DNA from: the human T2T-CHM13v2.0 reference genome, Homo sapiens
Length of the DNA stretch: 64,000 nt
Direction: 5' to 3' (one strand)
Assembly (NCBI RefSeq): GCF_009914755.1
Contig: NC_060932.1
Numbering within the stretch: position 1 is the stretch's first letter; the number at the start of each line of letters is the position of its first letter. The notes below the pieces were generated by a model. The model made no database searches and was not told the DNA's origin. It saw only the letters and a list, made by a program, of their open reading frames with translations. The translations under genes were made by a program, and so were the position numbers. This document shows positions 40,176-56,619 of the stretch, piece by piece.

Positions 40176-41790
40176 AGTGTCTCCTGGGGGCTGGCTCTGA
40201 GGACTCCCTTCCCCCAGCCATGCCCCAAGTTCGCAGAGCAGAGCCCCCAGACTATGCCTGGGCCACTGCACCAGCCTGCTTCCCTACTGAGCGGAGCCTC
40301 CAGACCATGCCTGGGCCACTACAGCAGCCTCCTTCTGCACTGGCTTCCCCATCTCCACCCACAGTCAGAGTGGCATTTGACAGGGCCAGTCACTCCCCCT
40401 GCCCAAATAAGCCTGTGCACTCTGAATACAGCTCAGGTCCTCGCTGGGCCACAAGGCCACGCCGGAGCTAACCCCTCACTGTCCTCTCCGAAGCCCATGG
40501 GTCATCCCCCGTGCCTGCTATTCCCTCTGCCTGGAGGTGGGCTTGTATCCGGCAGTGTCCTTTGCTCAGGTGCCGGAGGCCTCAGGTTGGGGCAGTCCCA
40601 GCCAGCCCTCCTTCTGGAGGTCTCTGGATGACAGGCCTCTCACAGCAGGGGTGGCTGGGGGTGCTGGTGAGGCTGTGCCCAGCTGGAAGGGAAGGGTGTG
40701 CCTTGGGTCTCCTCCCCAGTCTGAGTTCACTCCAGGAAGGGGGAGTGGCAGGAGCAGAGGGTGCAGAGTGGTGGGGGTGGTTCTGAGGGTCATTGGAGGC
40801 CAAGGGGCCTGGCTGGTGGGGCAGGGGCTGGGGCAGTGCCCATCTCCACCTTAGTGCCCAGGCAGGAGGGGAGCTGGTTTGGGGCAGGGCCCTGATGACG
40901 CCTTTGTGAGAGCCAGGAAAAGGCACCTCCTCTGGGAACACAGGGCCCTGGGGGAGTTAGAGATGGGGAGGGCCTGTGGGCCCCAGCTGGGTGGGCTTGG
41001 GGGAAAATGCCTCTGAGGGGCTCCAAGCTGCGCAGCCCTCAGGACTTGGTGGCCCCAACACACCCACATTTACACACATGCTTTTGCTTACACAACACAC
41101 AACCGGTGCACACACCCACACTCACTTGCATTTACACACATGCCACACACTTGCACATTTGATCCACATGCACAGACAAGCATCCTCTCTCACACTCTCA
41201 CACACACTATGTGGCACACTCCCATGCCCACATAGTTGGCACATACAAACCCTCACAGTCACATATCACACACACACAGCTTGCAAGTCATGGCCTTAAT
41301 TTCCAGAACCCAAATGGGGGCTTGGCACTGAGTGCCCCCAGCCAACCCATGTGCATCAGTGGGTTTTCCTCCTGATCTGCAAGGGCGTTTTTCCAAAGAA
41401 AAGATGCTAAAAACTGACACCAGCGTGGCTTTGCAAGTGACATGCTATCTTTATTTTTTTAATTAATGCTGCATGAAATAAAAAAAATTACACACAGGGA
41501 TGTGTGTTCCAGCATGGGACCATGTGGGGCCCCAGAAGGTGGTGGTGGGACTCCCTGCAAGGTGAGTCAGCTCCCAGAAGCCCCAGGGCCTGGTCCGGCT
41601 GTCCTGGCCCCGGCCTCATGCCCTGCACTAGGTGGAAGACAGGATCTCCAGGGAACCCGGCTGCTTTGGGCCCATGGCAGTGGGGTGGGTGGGCAGAAGG
41701 CCAAGAGCAAACTGGAAAATCTGGAGTCCCTGGAGGCAACTGGCAGAGAAGAGGAAGGAGGCCAAGGGTGAGTCACACTGAAGCCACACT

Positions 41791-42374
41791 AACTGTTGTT
41801 ATTGTACATGATTCTGTGGGGCAGGAATTTGAGCATGCTAGAGTCAGATGTTTCACAGTGGAGGACGCTTAGTCACGGGGCATACCAGGCACATGGTGGG
41901 ACTAGAACCCAGGGCCGCTGGATGGGGGTTCCCAAGGCAGGGTCTCCTGGGACAGGAAGGCTGGTTCCATCCCTGGTGTGACTGCTTACCACCTCAGGGA
42001 CGGGATCACTTGGTCTCCCAGGACTTGGGTGCTGCTGGTGGGGAGTGGAGATTGGCATGGAACTGGGGTCGGAACTGGGGCCTGATCCCCAAGATGCATG
42101 GGGCTCCCCCAGGTGCTCCTACCATTACTCAGGGAACCTTGGATCTCTTCTCAAAGACCAAGTCCATTCTGGCACTGGGGAGGGATCAGAAAGAGAGGAA
42201 GAGAAGGAAGAAAATACACTAGTGTGTGATCACCCAGGGGGTTCATTTTGACCCCTGGCAAGATACAGCCGATTTATCAAGACAGGGGAATCACAATAGA
42301 GAAAGAGTTTAATTCACACAGAGCCAGCTGACCGGGAGACTGGAGTTTTATTATCACTCACATCAGCCTCTCAG
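41791..42374 (+). repeat. Local dispersed duplicate of 37923-38140 + 38776-39143
   Basis: Collinear similarity including the start of the LTR8A-like element. Confidence 0.88.
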
Positions 42375-42799
42375 CCCCTGTCCACCGGATGAGGATCTGC
42401 AGGAAGCCATGCCCCTTGTGGCAGAACTTCCCAGAAAGGAGAACTGCCAGAAGATCCAGGCTCAGTTTAGGCTCAGGGGCTGCATTCAGTGTATGGCCAA
42501 AGTGTGAATGACAGGGGACAGGGATTCGCCTGTGACCAGGGTCAAAAATCAGAGGGTGACCACAGTCAGGGTTCATTCTGTGACCAGGATCAGGGCTCAG
42601 CCAGTGGCCAGGGCCAGGGCTCAGGGTGGGGCCGTAACCAGGGCTCGTTAGGTAACCAGGATTAGAGTTCAGACTGACCACAGTGAGGGCTCAGTTTTGG
42701 GGTGAGGTCAGAACCCAACCTGTGGTCAGGGGTGGGGCTCTAGGAATGTCACAGCCATGGTCTTCCGTATAGGAGCCATGACCACGGGGCCATCCTCAG

Positions 42800-42990
42800 A
42801 CCAGCCACACCCTCAGTGCGGCGGATGCTGGGGCTGCGGATTCTGTGGTGGGGATCCTGTGTGTTGCCCCCTCCTTGGCCTGCACCCACTAGAGGCCAGC
42901 AGCACCCCTGAGCTGGAATAAGCAGAGATGCCTCCAGACATCACCAAACATTCCCTGGCGGTGCAGAGTCACCCACGTGAGAACCACTGC
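42800..42990. mobile_element. MER20-like hAT DNA transposon
   Basis: cacccactagaggccagcagcacc...ccagacat...gagaaccactg. Confidence 0.65.
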
Positions 42991-43019
42991 CTTACAGCAA
43001 TCACTGTGTATCAAATCAG

Positions 43020-43100
43020 ATCAACAAACACTTACACACCTATAAATATTTGAGGACGGAAAGTTCCAGGCTGGCACCTTGAACACAGAGACAGATAAGA
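43020..43100. promoter_or_regulatory. PSCA upstream enhancer core: androgen-response-element-like AGGACGgaaAGTTCC (43053-43067) flanked by forkhead and GATA motifs
   Basis: 6-3-6 ARE-like site ~2.9 kb upstream of the TSS, adjacent TAAATATTTG (43043-43052) and AGATAAG (43093-43099); matches my recollection of the androgen-responsive PSCA enhancer at about -3 kb. Confidence 0.65.
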
Positions 43101-44113
43101 AAACGTCTTGTGCGGGAGTGGCCAGAGTCCGGGCGAGCTGGGGCGGGGGGCGGAGGGAGGATGGGACAGGGGCTGTCAGCCACACACGGAAGCAGTTCAT
43201 GACTGTATGAGGCCCCTTGTCCTGAGCTTACAGGACATGGGCTGGAGGGTGTGTCCAGAGGGAAAGTTCTGGGTGGGCAGAGTGGGCAAGCAAGGAGTCT
43301 GGGGGAGGCTGCAGTCACCCTGCATGGCCTCCAGTAAGTTCCTGTCCCTCTTGGGCTCAGGCTCCTCACTTGCCAGAGAAGAGACAATTTCCATGGAAAA
43401 GAGCCCAACCCAGTGGGTTCCAGGGAGGCAGGCAGGAGAGACCTCAGAAGGACAGGGGCTGACCTGGAGCCCCGGGAGAAGCCCAAAGGCAGATTCCTGG
43501 TGCCACTGAGTCCCAGGGAGGTCGGGTCTTGCATCGTCCCTGCCCCCATCAGTAGTGTCACCTTGATCCCAGACTCAAGGTGAGACAGTGGGAAGCTGAT
43601 GTCCCCTGAACACCCCAGAAACATCTACCAGCCTTCCTGGACGGTGCAGGCCTTCCTGGACGGTGCAGACCTGCTGGGAGAGGGTCCGATTCCCCGAGAC
43701 TTTTCCTGACTGCAACATCCTCACCACCCCCTAAAATGTGCCAGAGCCTTTTCAGGGGCAAAATCGAGGAGAGGAGGTAACAATGAAGGCCGGACAACCA
43801 TCAGCGGGGACGAGAGAGCGTCAGGGGAGAAGGGGCCGGTCTCCCTCCAGACACACACTCGGCAGCAGGCAGGGCCACGGACCACAGTGGACCTACCAGC
43901 TTCCGGCAGGAACAACAGCATACCCAAGAGGGTTGCCAGGCAGAGTTATCTAACTCAGGGTCCATGTACAAAGGCAGGGGTCAGGTTGAAGGAGACAGCA
44001 GCGGCCACAAGTCCCCCTCAAAGCCAGCCAGCAGCAGGAAGCCACCAGCCCCTCGGGCTTGCAGGGATGAGGGGGAGAGCACAGTGACCAGAGGCTGGCC
44101 AGAACCCGGGGGA

Positions 44114-44563
44114 CAGGAGAAGCCTGGCTGACGGGACCTGGGCCTTCTCTAGAGGGCCATAGCCACTGCCACCACCACCCAGCCACTGGCAGGAGAGCCT
44201 GGGCCTGCTCTAGAGGGCCATAGCCACTGCCACCACCACCCAGCTGGCTGGCAGGAGAGCCTGGGCCTGCTCTAGAGGACCATAGCTACTGCCACCAACA
44301 CTCAGCCAGCTGGCAGGAGAGCCTAGGCCTGTACTAGAGGACCATAGCTACTGCCACCAACACTTAGCCAGCTGGCATGAGAGCCTGGGCCTGCTCTAGA
44401 GGGCCATAGCCGCTGCCACCACCGCCCAGCTGACTGGCATGAGAGCTTGGGCCTGCTCTAGAGGGCCACAGCCACTGCCACCACCGCCCAGTGGGCTGGG
44501 CCTGCTCTAGAGGGCCATAGCCACTGCCACCACCTCCCAGCTGACTGGCAGGAGAGCTGGCCT
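44114..44563. repeat. GC-rich minisatellite, ~60-62-bp unit x~7
   Basis: Core CTGGGCCTGCTCTAGAGGGCCATAGCCACTGCCACCACC recurring at ~44139, 44199, 44261, 44323, 44385, 44447, 44497. Confidence 0.93.
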
Positions 44564-44877
44564 GAACTTGCCTCTTCCACTCTCTCATCTCCTGCCTGTG
44601 GGAGCTGGACCAGCCTCCCAGGACATGGAGCAGGACGGAGAGGGGATCTGGGGCAAACAGAGGCCATACAGCCCTGGGCCTAGCCGCTGCCTCCTGCTAC
44701 TGCAGAGGCTGCTAAAAGCTGCACTTCCCCGACTCGTTTGCAGCTAAAGTTCCAAGCTGAGGGGGTCACTCAAGGTCCTGAGGGTAAAGCACCTAGCCCA
44801 GGGCTCAGCCCACACTGAATGCCCCATAAATGAAGGCCCGTCCAACAGGGTCTCCTCCCCAGGGAGGCTGTCCCCTG

Positions 44878-45470
44878 TGTCAACAAAGAGCCAAACTCTG
44901 TAAAATATTTGAAGACATTTATTCTGAGCCAAATATGAGGGACCATGGCCTGTGACACAGCCCCCAGGAGACCCTGAGAACATGTGCCCAAGGTGGTCAG
45001 TGCACAGCTTGATGGTACCCATTTTAGGGAGACATGAGACATCAATCAAATATATTGAAGATATACATTGGTTTAGTCCAGAAAGGTGGGCAGCTGGAAC
45101 TGGGGGCTTCCAGGTTATAGGTGGATTTAAACATCTTCTGGTTGGCAATCGCTTGCAAGAGTTATCAATAGAAAGGAATGTCTGGGTTATACCGGGTTGT
45201 GGAGACCAAGGCTTTATCATCAGATGAAGCCTCCAGGTAGCAGGCTTCCGAGACAATAGATGGTAAATGTTTCTCATCAGACTGAAGGCCTGTGTTGATG
45301 TTAACGCTGGCTGTTCCAGAGTTCTGAAGGGAGGAGGGATAATGAGGCTATCCAACCCTTTGCTGTCATGGCCTGAACCAGTTTTTCAGGTTAACTTCGG
45401 AAAGCCCTTGCCAAGAGGAGGGTTCCACTCAGATGGCTGGGGGGCCTTAGAATGTTACTTTTGGTTTATA
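44878..45470 (-). mobile_element. MER4B/D-like solo LTR ~0.5 kb upstream of the PSCA TSS
   Basis: Shares catgtgcccaaggtggtcag...cattttagggagacatgagacatcaatcaa with the MER4A LTRs. Confidence 0.8.
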
Positions 45471-45933
45471 CCGGAACAGCCCCTGCCCCTGTCCTTTGCA
45501 GCACCTGCTAATGATCTGTCAGTGACGCTGTGACCAAGGCTCATCACCCTGCGGGCCGTGGGCCCCAGAGGGCGGCACAGCTTCTATAGGAGCACAGGGC
45601 CCAGGGAGGTGCCCTCATCCTTGGCTGGAAGGCCGAGGCCTGGAGGAGTCTGGAGAAAGGGTCTCCCTTGTCTGGCCTTGCACTGTGAGGTGGGGGAGGT
45701 GGGAGAGGCATAATCTGGGTCTTGAGGACGTTTCAGCCCTCAGCCCGGGGTGGCTGAGATATGGCCCTGGGTAGGCTCTGTCCTCCAGAGGTGGAAAGAA
45801 GGACAAAGGGAGAGGGAGGTGCAGGTCGCTCAGGGAGGAGACTCGGACCTGCCCAGCCCCGGGGCCCTCACTGGCTCCAGGAAACCCGCTGGTGTTGACT
45901 GTGGGCAGTCCAGCCTCTCCCCATTTGAGGCCA

Positions 45934-45939
45934 TATAAA
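45934..45939 (+). promoter_or_regulatory. PSCA TATA box
   Basis: TATAAA 45 nt upstream of the first ATG. Confidence 0.8.
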
Positions 45940-45978
45940 GTCACCTGAGGCCCTCTCCACCACAGCCCACCAGTGACC

Positions 45979-47600
45979 ATGAAGGCTGTGCTGCTTGCCC
46001 TGTTGATGGCAGGCTTGGCCCTGCAGCCAGGTGAGGCCTTGGCTGGCCCCCAGCAGGGAAGGGAGCAGGGGTGAGCCGGGGAGGCCAGAGGGATACCTGC
46101 AGGGCACACGGAGAGGAGGGGAAGGAAGGAGGAAGGGAGAGGAAGGGGGTGAGGCTCTTGCCCTAGCCTCCGCTCCTCCAGGGCAGCTCTTGGCACGACC
46201 AGGCAGCGACCTGTTCCCTGCCGTCCCCTGTGACCGGGGCTTGCAGGGGCAGCACGGAGTCACTCTCCTTCACCACCGTGGGGCAGGGCCTGGCTCCTAG
46301 GGGGCAGGTAGACAGACTGACGGATGGATGGGCAGAGATGCTGATGAGGAGCTGGGAGACATGGGACAGGAAGCCTCAGGCTAAGAAGTGGTTTTTGGGG
46401 CACAAGGGGGAGGTGCTGGGGGTGTCCTGCGAGGACCCGGGGGTCTACATCCGGCCCAGTCCCAGCACTGCAGCTTCCGAGGGTCCCAGGGAGCTGCTCT
46501 GCTTGAGGTGGGACCCTCCCGACCCAGGGTCCCGGGTTCAGTCACCCCCACAGCCGCAGCTTCCTCTTCTGAAACACACGGTCACAAAAGCAGCCACCGA
46601 GGGACTAAACAGGGCAACATTTCGGAGGCACTGAGCAGGGGGCCGTGAAGATGGGGAGGAGACATTGAGGGTGACAAGAGGGCGCCGAGGACTTCCTCAG
46701 GCCACCGCCATGGAGGCCCACCTGCCTGGGAGCCCCCATTCCTGGGGAGTGCTATGGGGCAGCCTCTGAGGCCCCTCCCACTCCACCCCACAGGCACTGC
46801 CCTGCTGTGCTACTCCTGCAAAGCCCAGGTGAGCAACGAGGACTGCCTGCAGGTGGAGAACTGCACCCAGCTGGGGGAGCAGTGCTGGACCGCGCGCATC
46901 CGTGAGTGGGGGGACGACAGCCGCCAGGCCTAGGTCTCTGCCACTGAACTATTAATCTTTCTGGCCATCTGTCCGCATCTATGTGCTGTTTTCCTTCCAC
47001 CTGTCCCCGACCCGTCCCGCACCTGCACCCCCAACAATCACCCAGCATCTGTCCCTCCAGCCATCCTCCTCCATCTGCCACTCCTCCACTCGTCTGTCCC
47101 TCCCCATCCTCCATCTTCCACTCCTCCACCCGTCTGTCCCTCCCCATCCCTGAGCTCGCTTACTCACTCACCCCATTTCTGACGCTCAGCGGGTGGTCCA
47201 TCTGCCTCGGACATCTGGATAGGGCTGAGACCAGGGCCGAGACCAGGCCCTCGCACTGCTTGCAATCCTGAGGCCAGCCCAGGGGGACTCTAGAGCATTA
47301 GGCAGGGTGGGGACAGGAGGAGGCCTGGGGCAGGTCAGGCAGGTGAGCACACAGGGCAGCCCCATCCCCGGATCCCGCTGCTCCCCAGGCGCAGTTGGCC
47401 TCCTGACCGTCATCAGCAAAGGCTGCAGCTTGAACTGCGTGGATGACTCACAGGACTACTACGTGGGCAAGAAGAACATCACGTGCTGTGACACCGACTT
47501 GTGCAACGCCAGCGGGGCCCATGCCCTGCAGCCGGCTGCCGCCATCCTTGCGCTGCTCCCTGCACTCGGCCTGCTGCTCTGGGGACCCGGCCAGCTATAG
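45979..47600 (+). CDS. PSCA: Prostate stem cell antigen, 123 aa; join(45979..46030,46794..46901,47389..47600)
   Basis: Exons 52+108+212=372 nt with GT-AG junctions; MKAVLLALLMAGLALQPGTALLCYSCKAQVSNEDCLQVENCTQLGEQCWTARIRAVGLLTVISKGCSLNCVDDSQDYYVGKKNITCCDTDLCNASG...LLLWGPGQL; signal peptide, LU domain ending CCxxxxCN, GPI signal. Confidence 0.98.
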
Positions 47601-48169
47601 GCTCTGGGGGGCCCCGCTGCAGCCCACACTGGGTGTGGTGCCCCAGGCCTCTGTGCCACTCCTCACAGACCTGGCCCAGTGGGAGCCTGTCCTGGTTCCT
47701 GAGGCACATCCTAACGCAAGTCTGACCATGTATGTCTGCACCCCTGTCCCCCACCCTGACCCTCCCATGGCCCTCTCCAGGACTCCCACCCGGCAGATCA
47801 GCTCTAGTGACACAGATCCGCCTGCAGATGGCCCCTCCAACCCTCTCTGCTGCTGTTTCCATGGCCCAGCATTCTCCACCCTTAACCCTGTGCTCAGGCA
47901 CCTCTTCCCCCAGGAAGCCTTCCCTGCCCACCCCATCTATGACTTGAGCCAGGTCTGGTCCGTGGTGTCCCCCGCACCCAGCAGGGGACAGGCACTCAGG
48001 AGGGCCCAGTAAAGGCTGAGATGAAGTGGACTGAGTAGAACTGGAGGACAAGAGTCGACGTGAGTTCCTGGGAGTCTCCAGAGATGGGGCCTGGAGGCCT
48101 GGAGGAAGGGGCCAGGCCTCACATTCGTGGGGCTCCCTGAATGGCAGCCTGAGCACAGCGTAGGCCCTT

Positions 48170-48175
48170 AATAAA
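48170..48175 (+). terminator. PSCA polyadenylation signal AATAAA
   Basis: AATAAA ~570 nt after the stop codon. Confidence 0.85.
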
Positions 48176-50409
48176 CACCTGTTGGATAAGCCAGAGAGAC
48201 CCTCTGTCCTTGCACACCCCAGGCGGGCACCGGATCCAGGGCTGTGTCTGGACCAGGGCCCTGGTCACATGGGCTGCAGCCTCCGCCCTAACAGGAGCAA
48301 AGCTTGGCCCCTGAAAGGAGGACGTCCCTGCAGAGGGTGGGAGGGCAGTTCCCAGGACTTGCACTTGCTGTGCTGCCTGGAGCATGTGGCCAGACCTCTC
48401 TGAGCCTTGCGACTCATCTATGACCCCTCCTTGCTGGGAGGATGGACCCAGAAAGTTCACAGGAAGGAGAGCGTTCCGGGGGGAGGGACTGCTACCATTC
48501 AAGCTCCTACCCATCCCCTTGGCCTGATTTGAGCACCCCCATTTTTCAAAATTTGTTTTAGAGCTGCACACCCACCATACAGCATTCAAACACTACAGCA
48601 GGGTCCCCGGTGACAGGTGGCCTCCCCCAACCCTGAACCCCAGCGCCTTCCCTCTCTGGGGTTCCCATTACACCTCCAGAGGCTTCTTTCTGGGAGAATC
48701 TGTGCCCCGTGAGCATCCCCAGGCCCCTGAGTGGGAGGACACCATCCACACTTGCCTTCTGCGCTCAGGGGAAGCCTTTTGCACACAGCCTGCTTCCCGC
48801 CCTAGGGCTAGGGGTGCAGCCTGTGACCTGGGTGGGGACCTGCTCAGGGTGAGGCCTCCAAGGGTGTTAGGGGTGGGGCTCGGGGGGCGGTTTCAGAGAA
48901 GAGGAGACAGAGGCTCAGGAAAGGGAACCGGTCTGTTGCCCACATCCCATACCGAGCCAGGATTGGAACCCTGGCCTGGAGCTCTGGGGGTGGGTCATGG
49001 AGCAGACAGTGGGCAGAGCTGTGCTGGAAAGAGCCAGGCCTCCCGTCTGACATGTGACTTCACGGGGAGACCTCCCTCCTGAACACTGGGGGCCCAGGGT
49101 GGCATTGTCAGCAGGGTGCAGCTCCCCAGGCCAGCATCTGAGTGACCCTGGGCACTGGTCACACCCTCCCCGCCTCGCCTACACCCAGCCCAGCCTGCCC
49201 GGCTTCCATGGTGAGCTCTGGGCTTCCATGGTGAGCTCTGCCCAACACCTACCCACCCTCCCAGGCCCAAGGCACACTCAGACCTGCCTTGGCCCAGGGC
49301 CTGAGTCCAGAGTTGAGGGCTAGGCCATTGTTTTCTGGGAGGGCCCTGCAGACCTGGGAGCCCGCACAGAACTCTGCACCCCTCAGGGCTCAGGTGCAGG
49401 AACTGGGGCCTGAGGCTCAGGCAGGTGCTTCTGGCCACACTGTGTCTCCTGAAGCTGCCGGCCGGGGCTTGCTGACCTGCTCTGGGGAGCATCAAGGACG
49501 CTGAGTGAGGGAGGCTGGTGCCCTGCCTGGCTCCATCCACTTAGCACACAGTTATCTAACCCTTGGTATGGTATGTTCCACTGCTGTTTCAGTTGCTCCT
49601 GGTCACCCTGGTGATAAAAACTGGGAGAAAAAAAGGAAAGCAAGGAAAAAGGATCCAGAATGCTGAGATGGCCAGGGAGGTGGTCTGGAGGCCTGCAGTG
49701 CAGAGGCAGGTGCCTCAGTGATAAGAGCGGCTGTCCTCACTGAACAGGGCTCAGCCCACTCCAGTGCCCACACAGCAGCCCCTACCCCCTGGTGGAAGGG
49801 GGTCCTTCTCCCTGGGGCTTAGGTTCAGAGACACAAGGCAGCGTGCTCCAGGGCTAGGGCCCATCCACATCGGGCTGGGGGTGTCCAGAACAGAGCAAGA
49901 CAGGACCCTCACACCCTGTTCCCCAGAATTCCTCGCATTGGAATACCTTGGACCAGGTGAGGAGAAGAAGGGCAAGGATGCGGGAGGCCTCTCTGGACTC
50001 TCGATGCCAGGGCCAGCCTGAAACCTGTGGCCCCCTTTGACCTCCTGAGCTGTCCCTCAGGTCACGGGGCCTCTGAGCTAAGGGCCTGTGAGGATGCCCC
50101 GCCCTGCCGCTCCCTCACACCATGAGGATGGGGCAGGAACCTGCTCTGGCCACGTGGCACATGGGGGACAGAGGTCCTCCCTGTCCTGCTGCCTCCTCAA
50201 AGGACAGACGGCTGACCTCTCCAAGGGCAAGGACCAGCCAGGGAGGGCCACCTGCACCAACAGTGCAGGTCGCAGCCCTGGTGCACTCAGGCTCCAGAGG
50301 TTGCCTATTCACTCAGGGCCCCACGGCTCCATCTGGACTAGAACCTGCACCTCCCTGTCTTCCCACTTCGCCTCATCTTTAGAAATGATAGAAAAACAAA
50401 AAAGAAAAA

Positions 50410-56617
<6,208 letters not shown>

Positions 56618-56619
56618 TA

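Noticed and set aside
43631-49240. Short two-copy tandem duplications (19 bp at 43631, ~40 bp at ~47070, 20 bp at 49201; also ~53 bp at 40236)
   Set aside because: Common slippage products with no evidence of function
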